Below, piece after piece: positions 38,229 to 47,688 of a stretch of DNA of 64,000 nucleotides. The stretch's first letter is position 1. Every line of letters starts with the position of its first letter. The notes under the pieces were generated by a model. That model had not been told where the DNA came from and ran no database searches. It saw nothing but the letters and a program-made list of their open reading frames with translations. The stretch is from Planctomycetia bacterium. GTDB lineage: Bacteria; Planctomycetota; Planctomycetia; Pirellulales; JACPPG01. The stretch covers positions 23,119 to 87,118 of the forward strand of contig JACPPG010000005.1 of NCBI GenBank assembly GCA_016191115.1, written 5' to 3'. Both the position numbers and the translations under genes were made by a program.

Positions 38229-38293
38229 CGAGAGGACGCCGCACGTCACCTTCCCCGAGCGGGGGCATTGGCTCGCGCCAGCGCGTCCCCGCC

Positions 38294-38450
38294 CTGGGCC
38301 GTTCACAGATTCAAGCTTGCCGGCGGCGCACCGGCGGGAAAGTGGGACGGGCACCGAGACGAAACGTTGGTCTGAAAGGGCTTGCGCTGTTTATGCTCGG
38401 AGCCAGTCCCATTTTCCCGCCTCGCCATTTTGAAAAACAGAATGGCCCTG
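38294..38450 (+). mobile_element. 157-bp MITE-like element, copy E
   Basis: Full-length copy whose first bases are CTGGGCC instead of CAGGGCC. It is flanked by a perfect 10-bp direct repeat CGTCCCCGCC (38284-38293 and 38451-38460). Confidence 0.9.
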
Positions 38451-38567
38451 CGTCCCCGCCACGTTTGCTCGTCGCGGGCGATCGGCCGAGTTACAATAGC
38501 AGCATCGTTCGCCACGGCCGGCACGGCGATCGATTCTCAACCGGACCCTCTATCGCGCGGGCATAGC

Positions 38568-39749
38568 ATGATTCACTTGAAGCTCCTCGGTCCCCTCGCC
38601 GTTTGTTGCCTTACGGTCGTGTTCTCCGGCTGCTCGCGGTCGTCGTCGGACGCCGTGGCTTTGCCAACCGAGGGCCGCACCAGCCATGCCGACGGGCGCG
38701 TGGAAATCATCTCCCAGGTTTACGACATCGACCGCATCTACCGCTCGATGACCGGGCCGTGGAGCGCGAACCAGGTCCAGCTCGTCGAGGGGGATCGGCC
38801 GGAACTGGTATGGATCACCGGCTGCCACGTCGAAATGGTCGGCTCCGACGGCGCTACCAGCATGCCCGAGCAGTTCATGTGCCACGCCAACCTGGACTAC
38901 GACGTGGAGAAGCACAGCGAGCTGTTTCACTTCACGAAGCGGCTGGACGGTCGGCTGTTCACGCTGTCGCAGGGTCAGTTGCACGTCGAGTTTCCCAAGG
39001 GGTTCGGCATCCCCGTGATGTCGAACGAGGCCCTGGACCTGGCCACGCAAGTGCTCAACTTGAACGTCAAGGATCGGGCGTTCCAGGTGCGGCACAAGGT
39101 ACACGTCGATTTCGTGCGCGATCGCGACGCCGCCGAGCCCTTCAAGCCGCTGTACGAGTGCGGCGTGTCGAGCATGGTGTCGCTCGAGGGACGCAGCCTG
39201 GTCTTCGATCAAGGCGATGAGCCCGAGCACGGGCCGTGCAAGTCGTGCTGCATCCCCGGCGCCAAGGCCACCGACTGGGAGCACCAGAACGATTCGCTGG
39301 GCCGCATGTACAGCGGACACTGGGTGATCAAACCGGGCCGCGAAGAGAACCGTACCCGGGCCACGACTATCATGTCGCTTCCCTTCGACACCACGGTGCA
39401 TCACATCGCCGTGCACCTGCACCCGTTCGCCGAATCGCTCGAGCTCGTTGACCTGACGACCGGCGCCTCGATCTTCAAAAGCCACGCCCGCAATTTCGAG
39501 GATCAGATCGGGCTGGCGCACGTGGACTACTTCTCGAGCGCCGAAGGAGCGCCACTGCCAAAAGACCACGAGTACGAGCTGGTAAGCGTGTACAACAACA
39601 CGACCTGCCAGGACCAGGACTCGATGGCGGTGATGTACCTGTACCTGCTGGACAAGGAATTCAAGAAGCCGGAGATCACGGCAGCCTCTTCCGACGAGAC
39701 GCAGGCCGGCACGGAGCCGCTGAAGACGGCGCCCGGGGCGGCGGGGTAG
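38568..39749 (+). CDS. Lipoprotein of unknown function with clustered His motifs
   Basis: The ATG at 38568 gives MIHLKLLGPLAVCCLTVVFSGC (lipobox). The body contains FMCHANLDYD and TTVHHIAVHLHPF, a possible metal site. The upstream part of the listed ORF is MITE sequence. Confidence 0.7.
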   Translation: MIHLKLLGPLAVCCLTVVFSGCSRSSSDAVALPTEGRTSHADGRVEIISQVYDIDRIYRSMTGPWSANQVQLVEGDRPELVWITGCHVEMVGSDGATSMPEQFMCHANLDYDVEKHSELFHFTKRLDGRLFTLSQGQLHVEFPKGFGIPVMSNEALDLATQVLNLNVKDRAFQVRHKVHVDFVRDRDAAEPFKPLYECGVSSMVSLEGRSLVFDQGDEPEHGPCKSCCIPGAKATDWEHQNDSLGRMYSGHWVIKPGREENRTRATTIMSLPFDTTVHHIAVHLHPFAESLELVDLTTGASIFKSHARNFEDQIGLAHVDYFSSAEGAPLPKDHEYELVSVYNNTTCQDQDSMAVMYLYLLDKEFKKPEITAASSDETQAGTEPLKTAPGAAG

Positions 39750-39752
39750 AGG

Positions 39753-40016
39753 CTACGGCACGCCGATCACCTTCTCGGCGTCGTTCTCGGTGGCTCCGGA
39801 TAGTCTCATGGCGTCGCCCACTTTTTGCTGGAGGCGATCGAGCTTCACCATCGCAGCCGCGCGCTCGGATGCTGTCGACTCTTTACAGGGGATGACCCCA
39901 TACCGCGCTCTCCCCGACTCGTCTTCCACGACGATGCCCTCGCCTTCCGTGACCTTGGCCAAGAACGAGCGAACGGGCTCGCTAAGGTGGGTGATTGTGA
40001 TTCGCTGCCAGCTCAT
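39753..40016 (-). CDS. Small Phd/YefM-like antitoxin-domain protein (no adjacent toxin)
   Basis: In the 87-aa product, ITITHLSEPVRSFLAKVTEGEGIVVEDESGRARYGVIP resembles the Phd/YefM N-terminal fold pattern. No partner ORF was found. Confidence 0.5.
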   Translation of the reverse strand: MSWQRITITHLSEPVRSFLAKVTEGEGIVVEDESGRARYGVIPCKESTASERAAAMVKLDRLQQKVGDAMRLSGATENDAEKVIGVP

Positions 40017-40114
40017 GAAAGACTCCTTGCGTCCATCCAGCGCGAGAACCGTGCGACAACCAGCACCGCGGCGGTCGGACCCCCCTCTGACTATACGTCA
40101 ACCCCGCCGCCCCT

Positions 40115-41098
40115 TCACCCCAGCAGCCAGCGGGCCAGGTTGAAGTAGATCAACAACGTCGCCATGTCGGCGATGGCCAGGGCGATGGGGCCGGCCGCCA
40201 CTTGTGGATCGCGGCGCGCCATCCGCAGCAGGTTGGGCATGGCCAGCCCGATCGTCGCGGCGCAGGCCACGCCGCCGGCAATGCCCCCCATGAGCGCCAG
40301 GGCGAAACGCGGCTGGCCGAGCCACACGAGCGCCACGACCGCCACCAGCGCCCCGCACGCGCCGCCCAGCAAAACGCCCGTCGCCAGCTCGCGGCGCAGC
40401 TTCGTGGCCAGGCTTGCCCACCGCGGCGTCTGCCCGTGCAGCATCGCGATCGCCAGCGTCACGGATTGAATGCTGACGCTTTCGGCCAGGGCCAGCACGA
40501 CCGGCATGAAGAGCGCCAGGGCGACCGTCTGCTGCAACTGGGCCTCGAACAGTTTCGACAGTAAGGCCGCCAGAATGCCTCCGCCGATATTGGCCAGCAA
40601 CCACGGGAAGCGGCCGGCGAACGCGGCCGCCGCGCTGGCCTGCTGCGCTTCGGCGACGTGTACGCCGATCATCTGAAAGACGTCCTCTTGTCGCGCGGAT
40701 CGGTCGAGCTCCGCCAGCTCGTCGGTGTACAGGTCGATATCGACGACGCCGACGATGCGGCGGTCGGCATCGACCACGGGAAACGCCAGCAGGCGATGCA
40801 TGAGAAAGAATTCGCACGCTTCGAGCACGGTAGCGGCGCGAGGGATCGCAATCACGTTTTCGACCATGATGTCGGCCAGCCGGGTGGCAGCGTCGCTCAA
40901 CAGCAGGCGGCGCGTGGGAATCACGCCCGCCAGGCGCCCGTCGGCGTCCACGACGTAGAAATAGATGATCCGCGATTGCGGCTTCTCGGCGTGTACGGCG
41001 GCCAGGGCCTCGCCGACCGTCTGATCGACGCGCAGCCGCGTGTAGTCGCGGTGCATGCCGTCTTCAACGGAGTCGTGCAAACCGGTGCTTTTCAGCAT
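40115..41098 (-). CDS. mgtE: Magnesium transporter MgtE-type (CBS pair plus MgtE membrane domain; lacks the long N-domain)
   Basis: Two CBS motifs are followed by five TM helices with the MgtE signature ...ALFMPVVLALAESVSIQS... and PQVAAGPIALAIADMATLLIYF. Confidence 0.8.
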   Translation of the reverse strand: MLKSTGLHDSVEDGMHRDYTRLRVDQTVGEALAAVHAEKPQSRIIYFYVVDADGRLAGVIPTRRLLLSDAATRLADIMVENVIAIPRAATVLEACEFFLMHRLLAFPVVDADRRIVGVVDIDLYTDELAELDRSARQEDVFQMIGVHVAEAQQASAAAAFAGRFPWLLANIGGGILAALLSKLFEAQLQQTVALALFMPVVLALAESVSIQSVTLAIAMLHGQTPRWASLATKLRRELATGVLLGGACGALVAVVALVWLGQPRFALALMGGIAGGVACAATIGLAMPNLLRMARRDPQVAAGPIALAIADMATLLIYFNLARWLLG

Positions 41099-41109
41099 GG
41101 CCGCGCGAC

Positions 41110-42969
41110 CTAAGACCCGGCGGGCGGACCGGCCGCGCCTCGCGCCTCGGCCAAGGCGCCGTTCGGCTGCTGCTTCGCGCGCTCTTCGAGCGCGGCATCG
41201 AGAATCGCCATGACGTCGGGGACTTGCGCGGCCCGCTGCGTTTCGGCCTCGAGTTGGACGACCGTTTCCTGTTCTTTCTGCATATTGATCCGGTGGTTGG
41301 CCGCGTCAAACAACCCCAAGTTCGCGCCTTCGTATCCTTTCAGCTTTTTGACGCTTTCCATGCCTTGACTCGTCGCGTCGGCCCAGTGAGATGCCAGCTT
41401 CCGCGCGCTGTCGGCGTCGACGATTTGTTTTATGTCGGCCAGCAACTGCTCCTGTATCTTCATGATCTTCGCGGGGAGCTCGAGCATCTCCTTCTTCTCG
41501 CCCGGCTTAAGGTCCTTGCGGCGTGGAGGAGGGGCATCGGATGGCGCGGGCGCCGGCGCCGCCTCACCATCAGCGGAGGCGTAGGCCGCCAGCATGCGGA
41601 CGATCGGGATACGGCCCCGCCAGTTGACCGTGCTCGGCGGCGCGGCGTTTGGGGACGGGGCCGGCGCTTTGGCGGGCGTCCCCGGGTCGGGGGTGTTGTC
41701 AGGAGCCGCGGGCGTGCGAGCGGCGGCGGGGGTCCCCGGATTGGCCGCCGGCGAAGCGGAGGGAGGCGTTCCCGTCGGCATCGGATTCGGCATCGCCGGC
41801 TGCGCGCCCGGCGGTTGAGTGAAACTGCCGCCCGGTGGCGCCACGGGATTGCGCGGCGCGGGCGCCGGTGCAGGCGGCGCCTTTGCCGTTGGTTGCGGGT
41901 TGGTCGGCGCGGGCGCTGGTGCCTGAGCGACCTGCGGGGAGCCGGCCGGCCGTGGCGCGGCGCCGCCGCCCGAACCCGTGAACGCCCACACGAGGATCAG
42001 ACCCACCACGAGCGCCGTGACGCCCGCCGCGCCTCCGTATACCGCGATTGCCGGCATGCCCAGGATTGTCCCGGCCTTGGCTCTTCGGCCGGACGACTTG
42101 GACGGCGTCAGCAGCGCGCCTCCAGCGGACGGCTCGGCGGCCGCTGCCGCCAGGGGAGCGCCTTCGCCCAGCGCGTCGAGAATGCCCACGTTCAGATCCT
42201 GCCCCGAGCCCGACGCATCATCCAATGAAACGGCGGCGCCACCTTGGTCCGCGACAGGCTCGCCCGCTTTCTCCTGCTTCTCCGGCACGCGCTGCTTCTT
42301 CTTGCAGCGTGGGCAAGTAATCTGCCGACCGGCGGCGGCCGCGGGAATGCGGATCTTCGCGCCGCAGCTCGTGCAAACGATCCGTTGCCGCTCGTCAGCG
42401 GCCGTTTTTGGCGCCGCGTCGCCACCAGCGGTCGTCGGTAATGCACCGCTGGCTGCTGGCGCCGCGGCCGAACGACTCGCCACCTTTCCGGACCCTTCTC
42501 CCAATGGAGCCAGACTGAAGTCCTCGTCCACGGCCGAATCGGCGGTGGGGGATGCGTCAGGTCTTGGTATCGAGCGTTCCCCTTGGTTTGTCGAGGCGAC
42601 CGGTTCAGCGGGCGCCGCCTTGCCACTCGCGGCGACCTTGCCCGGATGCTCCTCAATCGGCGCCAGGCCGATGTTGCTGTCCCCGGCGGGCGAGCGCAGC
42701 GGCGCGGAGCCGCCCCCAACGGGAGGGCTGGGCTGCCGCAGACGGCTGGTGATCGAGAACGGGGCCGGCTCGGACTTGGCTGGCTGGCTCGGAGAAGCTT
42801 CGGCCGCCGGCGCGCCCTCGAGCGGCACCAGGTCCATCCCGTCCTCGGTCTCAATGGCCGGAACCGTGATGGCCGCCTGGCAGTGCGGGCAGCGACCGCG
42901 CTGGCCGCCGTACTTCTCCTTCATCCGAAGGATCGCCCCGCAACTCGGGCAATTGAATACGATGATCAT
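41110..42969 (-). CDS. Double zinc-ribbon membrane protein with long Pro/Ala-rich low-complexity regions
   Basis: The ATG at 42969 gives MIIVFNCPSCGAILRMKEKYGGQRGRCPHCQ. A second ribbon CTSCGAKIRIP....ITCPRCKK. One TM helix (AIAVYGGAAGVTALVVGLILVWAF). P/A-rich spacers. Confidence 0.75.
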   Translation of the reverse strand: MIIVFNCPSCGAILRMKEKYGGQRGRCPHCQAAITVPAIETEDGMDLVPLEGAPAAEASPSQPAKSEPAPFSITSRLRQPSPPVGGGSAPLRSPAGDSNIGLAPIEEHPGKVAASGKAAPAEPVASTNQGERSIPRPDASPTADSAVDEDFSLAPLGEGSGKVASRSAAAPAASGALPTTAGGDAAPKTAADERQRIVCTSCGAKIRIPAAAAGRQITCPRCKKKQRVPEKQEKAGEPVADQGGAAVSLDDASGSGQDLNVGILDALGEGAPLAAAAAEPSAGGALLTPSKSSGRRAKAGTILGMPAIAVYGGAAGVTALVVGLILVWAFTGSGGGAAPRPAGSPQVAQAPAPAPTNPQPTAKAPPAPAPAPRNPVAPPGGSFTQPPGAQPAMPNPMPTGTPPSASPAANPGTPAAARTPAAPDNTPDPGTPAKAPAPSPNAAPPSTVNWRGRIPIVRMLAAYASADGEAAPAPAPSDAPPPRRKDLKPGEKKEMLELPAKIMKIQEQLLADIKQIVDADSARKLASHWADATSQGMESVKKLKGYEGANLGLFDAANHRINMQKEQETVVQLEAETQRAAQVPDVMAILDAALEERAKQQPNGALAEARGAAGPPAGS

Positions 42970-43126
42970 GACTGCGCCAGCGTAATTGAACTGCCGTTCG
43001 AGGGTGGGAAGCTCCCGCAAATTCGAGGCATGATCCCCGGCCGCGGCCGAACTTATGGCGGGGTAGGGGCGGAACGTCCATCATCGCCTGTTCTGGCCGT
43101 AAAGACAAGAAAGGGACCACCCGAGA

Positions 43127-43283
43127 CAGGGCCGTTCACAGATTCAAGCTTGCCGGCGGCGCACCGGCGAGAAAGTGGGACAGGCACCGAGACGCAACGT
43201 TCGTCTGAAAGGACTTGCGCTGTTTATGCTCGGAGCCAGTCCCATTTTCCCGCCTCGCCATTTTGAAAAACAGAATGACCCTG
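43127..43283 (+). mobile_element. 157-bp MITE-like element, copy F
   Basis: Full-length copy flanked by a perfect 10-bp direct repeat CCACCCGAGA (43117-43126 and 43284-43293). Confidence 0.9.
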
Positions 43284-43345
43284 CCACCCGAGATACCCTC
43301 GCGGCAGGGCTTTTTAGCCCATTTTTCCCGGTCCGCCGGCGTCGC

Positions 43346-43371
43346 CTGGCTAGTCGCGCTGGCTAGTCGCG
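43346..43371. repeat. Tandem 13-bp CTAG-containing unit (CTGGCTAGTCGCG x2)
   Basis: Its reverse complement shares the core GCGACTAGC with the cluster at 33601-33632. It lies 63 bp from MITE copy F. Confidence 0.7.
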
Positions 43372-43482
43372 CTTGTCGAGCCACCGCCTTGATCGGCAGC
43401 CGCGATCGACCATGATGATGGCGGCCAGCCGTTGGCAATGCCGCCTGAGCCACTTTCGGTCCTCTAGCCGGAGGGTGAAACC

Positions 43483-44493
43483 TTGACGCCGACCGATGTT
43501 CGAAGGCACACAAGCGCGGGGCAGACACCGGCAGCTTGGACACGCCAGTTGTCGAGCGTGCCCCATGCCGCCGTTTCGGTATTGGCGATCGGCTGCTGGT
43601 TGGCGGTCGCCGGCGGGACGTTCGCCGCCGAACCGGCCCCGGCCGACGCCGACGGCATCACGGTGCATCTCAATCTTCGCTACCGCGAGGGCGGCAGCAA
43701 GCAATGCGTGCTCGATCTCGCCGTGCCGAAGCAGCGCGCGGAAAAGCCTCGGCCGGCGATCCTTGTCATTCATGGCGGCGGATGGCTGGAAGGGGACAAA
43801 TCCAGCTTCGCTTCCGACCAGCATGGCACGCCCGCGAACATCGTCGAGTTCGCCCGGCTCGGCTTCGTCGCGGCGACGATCAACTATCGGCTGTCGGGCG
43901 AGGCGCCCTTCCCCGCGGCGCTCGACGATTGCCGGTGCGCTGTGCGCTGGCTGCGGGCGCATGCGCGCGAATATCACGTCGATCCCTCGCGCATCGGCGC
44001 CTACGGCAATTCGGCCGGCGGCCACCTGGCACTCTTGTTGGCGCTGACCGATCGGCCCACGGACGCCGGCGACGGTGAGCCGTTGGCCAAGGAATCGAGC
44101 CGCGTGCAGGCGGCCGCGAGCGACAGCGGACCGCTGGACCTTCTCTATCAGCACGAGCACAACCAGCTCCGTGTCGTCGTCGAGAAGTTCATGGGCGGAC
44201 CACCCGACGACGCGCGCCGCGAGCAGTACCGCCGGGCGTCGCCCACGATGTATTTCGCCGAGAAGCTACCGCCGCTCTTGTTGATCCACGGCGCAGTCGA
44301 CGAGCAGGTCGACGTGCGGACCGCGGACGAGTTCGTCGCCGCTATTAGCCGAAACGGACCCAGCGACTTAAGCTACATTCGTCTGGCCCATGTCGGGCAC
44401 TGCCCGCACTCGCTTGTGCGCGTGCCCTATCTACGGCAGGTCGTGACCGATTTCTTCACGCGCGCGCTCGCGGCAGCGACGCACGGCGAATAG
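43483..44493 (+). CDS. Alpha/beta-hydrolase esterase/lipase (Abhydrolase_3-like), exported
   Basis: Oxyanion HGGGW and nucleophile elbow GNSAGGH. N-terminal hydrophobic signal region. The start could be an internal codon. Confidence 0.85.
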   Translation: MTPTDVRRHTSAGQTPAAWTRQLSSVPHAAVSVLAIGCWLAVAGGTFAAEPAPADADGITVHLNLRYREGGSKQCVLDLAVPKQRAEKPRPAILVIHGGGWLEGDKSSFASDQHGTPANIVEFARLGFVAATINYRLSGEAPFPAALDDCRCAVRWLRAHAREYHVDPSRIGAYGNSAGGHLALLLALTDRPTDAGDGEPLAKESSRVQAAASDSGPLDLLYQHEHNQLRVVVEKFMGGPPDDARREQYRRASPTMYFAEKLPPLLLIHGAVDEQVDVRTADEFVAAISRNGPSDLSYIRLAHVGHCPHSLVRVPYLRQVVTDFFTRALAAATHGE

Positions 44494-44769
44494 CCGCGCT
44501 GCTGCAACCCGTTAGCGCGCTTGGCAACGGTGTACCCGCCGCGGCCGGGTTGGTCGCCAACCGTTCATCGCCGCGGTCGCTGCCGTCAATTCAGTTGCGT
44601 CGCTTGCCGGCTGCGCGGTGAGGTCGGGCCGCAACCGAAGCTGCCGAAGGAGCTTTCGCCGCTACGCCGCACTCGTCCGCCTGTTCGGCATACAAAATGC
44701 CGCTCTCCTCGGTGTTGTAAGCAAAATCTTCAAACAACTTTTAGGGGGGAAAGCGAAGGGAGGACCACC

Positions 44770-45486
44770 ATGCGATCTCACATGCGACTTGCGGTAATGA
44801 TCGGCTTGTGCGTCTCGTTGGGCGCCTGCCGGGCGTTTGCACAACAGGCGGCGCCAGTGCATCCAAAGGCGACGAACGTGCAGGCGTCGCCGTTCTTTCG
44901 CGTCAGCACCATGACCGGAATGGCGGTCAAGAACCGCCAAGGCCAGCCGATCGGTAGCGTCGAAGACATGCTCGTCGACATTCACGACGGGCAAGTCCGC
45001 TACGTGATCATGTCGTTCGGCGGCTTTCTGGGCGTGGGGAACAAGCTGTTCCCGATTCCCTGGCACCAGTTGACGCTGAAGTACGACGAGAAGGAAACGT
45101 TCTTTGTCGCGGACGTCTCGCGGCAATTCCTGGAAAAAGCGCCCAGCTTTCACCGCCAGGACTGGCCCGACATGACCAGCGAATGGGTATCGGCGGTTGA
45201 GTCGCTGTTCCCGACGCACGCGGGGATCGTCGTGGGAGTCACGAGCGACCACCTCACGATGACGAACCTGAATGGTAGCGGCCAGCATGCGCACGTCGTG
45301 GCCACGGATGCCGAGATCACGCGCGACGGCCAGGCCGTCCGCCTGAAAGACCTGCAGAAGGGGGACCACGTGAAGGTGACAACGGCCGAACAGGCCGGCA
45401 TCCGCGTGGCGACGAAGATCGAAGCCACCTCGGCGGCGGCCGAGCAGGGCGCGCGCGTGGAGGAGGCGACCACGCGCACCCGGTAA
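44770..45486 (+). CDS. PRC-barrel domain protein, exported
   Basis: SD GGGAGG is 7 nt before ATG 44770. Signal peptide MRSHMRLAVMIGLCVSLGACRAFA. The PRC-barrel pattern is G..V.N..G...G.V.D...D...G.V.Y.I.SFGGFLG.G.K...IPW. Confidence 0.8.
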   Translation: MRSHMRLAVMIGLCVSLGACRAFAQQAAPVHPKATNVQASPFFRVSTMTGMAVKNRQGQPIGSVEDMLVDIHDGQVRYVIMSFGGFLGVGNKLFPIPWHQLTLKYDEKETFFVADVSRQFLEKAPSFHRQDWPDMTSEWVSAVESLFPTHAGIVVGVTSDHLTMTNLNGSGQHAHVVATDAEITRDGQAVRLKDLQKGDHVKVTTAEQAGIRVATKIEATSAAAEQGARVEEATTRTR

Positions 45487-45561
45487 CGACCGTCGTGGCT
45501 TTCAATGCCGGCGCGCTGCTGGACAAGCGAGTGGCAACACGCGCGGTTAAGCAGCGCGCGG

Positions 45562-46575
45562 CTATTGATACACGCCTACCGGCATTCCTTCCGCGCGCGT
45601 CACCAGATAGCGGACGGTGCGGAAGTCGAGTTGCTCGCTCAGAAAGGTCACGCTGCCGTCGCACAACAGCACGTGGGCGCCGCCCGGGTGCATGCTGAAG
45701 ATCTCGCCGTTGGGTCCGCAATTCGACAGTGCCCAGGAGCAATCGGCCGGGCCGCCCAGCGGAACGCTGTTATTGTTGATGACCCGCTTGATGTTTCCGA
45801 GGGTCGAGTTCCCGGCGCCGGAGATGCCGAAGCCGTTGTCGGGCTCGGCCCAGCGGTTCATGGCGCGATGGCCGCTTGGCGTGGGCGCGTCGGCGTCGTT
45901 GCCCGCGGCGATCACTGGATCGACGTACGGCGAAGGCACGAACGGCGGCAGCGTCTCGTAGTTGATCGGGTTGTCCTCGGCCAGGGCGATCGTCTGGCTC
46001 AAGCCATCGGTGATTTGCGCAAGCCGCGTGCCGCCCAGGCCCAAGGCGCCGTCCATTCGCGTGGCATTGTTGCCGAGGCCCGTCGCCGGATCGATGTCCA
46101 CGTGGACCGTGGCCGAGTAGTCGGTCTGCCCGTAGCCCTGCGGGTCGTCCTCGGCCAGGCCGTTGCTGGGGCAGAGGAACGAAGGGATGCGCGTGCGGGC
46201 CGCCGCCTGATTGCCGGCGGCGCGTTTGTCGTTGTAGGCGAACGTTGGGTCCATCATGTTGGCAAGTTGTATCTCTTCCATGAACGGCAGCAGCATGGTG
46301 AACGTCGATTGCAGGTCGAAGCTCGTCTGGTTGGTTTTGGGGATCGTCCCCTGGCCGCCGGTGGGGAGCACGGACTTCGTGCCCTCGAAATTGTGCAGGG
46401 CAACCCCGCACTGCCGCAGATTGTTCTTGCACTGCGCTTTGCGGGCGGCCTCGCGGGCGGCCTGCACCGCCGGCAGCAGTAGCGCGATCAAGACACCGAT
46501 GATCGCGATCACGACCAAAAGCTCGACAAGGGTAAAACCGCGCGGCCGGGGGCATCGATTCGCTGGCGATGTCAT
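45562..46575 (-). CDS. DUF1559 domain protein with prepilin-type N-terminal methylation motif and H-X9-DG C-terminal motif
   Basis: [41 protein letters not shown] at the N-terminus (ATG 46575, SD GGGAGG) and [14 protein letters not shown] near the C-terminus. This family is expanded in Planctomycetota. Confidence 0.9.
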   Translation of the reverse strand: MTSPANRCPRPRGFTLVELLVVIAIIGVLIALLLPAVQAAREAARKAQCKNNLRQCGVALHNFEGTKSVLPTGGQGTIPKTNQTSFDLQSTFTMLLPFMEEIQLANMMDPTFAYNDKRAAGNQAAARTRIPSFLCPSNGLAEDDPQGYGQTDYSATVHVDIDPATGLGNNATRMDGALGLGGTRLAQITDGLSQTIALAEDNPINYETLPPFVPSPYVDPVIAAGNDADAPTPSGHRAMNRWAEPDNGFGISGAGNSTLGNIKRVINNNSVPLGGPADCSWALSNCGPNGEIFSMHPGGAHVLLCDGSVTFLSEQLDFRTVRYLVTRAEGMPVGVYQ

Positions 46576-46951
46576 GATTGGTTCCTCCCATGAATAGGAG
46601 TTGTTGTTGCGATGCGCGTCGCGGAAAGCGCGCCTCCGCGGCAACGAGGCCGCAGGAGTAATCCGCGAGGCCTCTCGGACACGGACGAAATCAGGACGGA
46701 CGCGTTGGCAGGAGTCGCCCCATGGGCGGAGCGACTGGTCATTTTCAGGCGGGATGGTTGTCGAATTGCTGCGGACGCCACGGCGAGGCCGAGGCTGCGA
46801 ACGCATCAACAACCACGGATGAGTATCTCGCGCCGCCGGCTGATTGCAAGCAGAAAACTGGGCCACTTTTGCGGCTCGCAGCGACCGTCGTTTGTGAATT
46901 TAAGTATCATTTTAGAAATGACTTACGTGCCACAATCTTGGGCCTGTCGTG

Positions 46952-47326
46952 TCACGTGATCTGGCCCCGACATGTCCACTGTCGGCGGCTACTTGAGCAC
47001 CCGCTTCTCGTGCAGCCAGCAGCCGATGACGCCGGATAGCCACCCGCCGGGCGACCAAAGGGCATTTTCGCCTCCTTCGGCGGCGGTACCCGGATTGCGT
47101 GCCCGGCGTGGCCAAACACCTTGATCGTGAAGTCTTTTCGCGCGTCGTCCTTGATGCGCTCGACGATCTTGGCCGCGTCGCGGCGGATTTGCACTTGGCC
47201 GGCCAAGGTCTTTGGGTCGGCGGCCGTGGCGGTCGACGCTGCAATCGCATAGCCAAAGGCGACTGCCAGGTGAATCCAGCGGACAGAATCCCAGCTCTCC
47301 TTCGAAAAGGCGAGCAAAGCAGCCAA
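46952..47326 (-). CDS. Possible small secreted protein (weak; C-terminal frame doubtful)
   Basis: The signal-like IHLAVAFGYAIAASTATA and a plausible ~60 aa are followed by Cys/Ser/Arg-rich junk. Another frame gives a more protein-like tail (NALWSPGGWLSGVIGCWLHEKRVLK, stop at 46989-46991). Confidence 0.3.
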   Translation of the reverse strand: MAALLAFSKESWDSVRWIHLAVAFGYAIAASTATAADPKTLAGQVQIRRDAAKIVERIKDDARKDFTIKVFGHAGHAIRVPPPKEAKMPFGRPAGGYPASSAAGCTRSGCSSSRRQWTCRGQIT

Positions 47327-47688
47327 GCTAGAGAGCCTGGTCGCGGGAGTCAGAAAAGTCGCGCCGACCGGATCGCAGCGGGCGAGTTCGCCAAAATCGG
47401 GAGCGGCACCGGCTGGATCGTTCGCACCCGGTCAACCCCCCGTCCGGCGAGCGCCGTTGGAGCGCCAAAACCAGCCGGCGGGTCGCTCGACCGTATCCGC
47501 GCCTCCGTCGGCGGTGAATGACGGGTTTCCTTGCGCGAAGCGCCGACCGGATCAATTCCTCCGCGTGGCGACGAGTCCTGGAGTTGCTCGTCAAACGCGG
47601 ATATGCTTCTGTCTTTCCAGTCGTCCTCGACTGGGTAAAGTGGTTCATTTGCGGGCGGTCGGCATCCGCCGAGGCGAGATGGCCCTTC

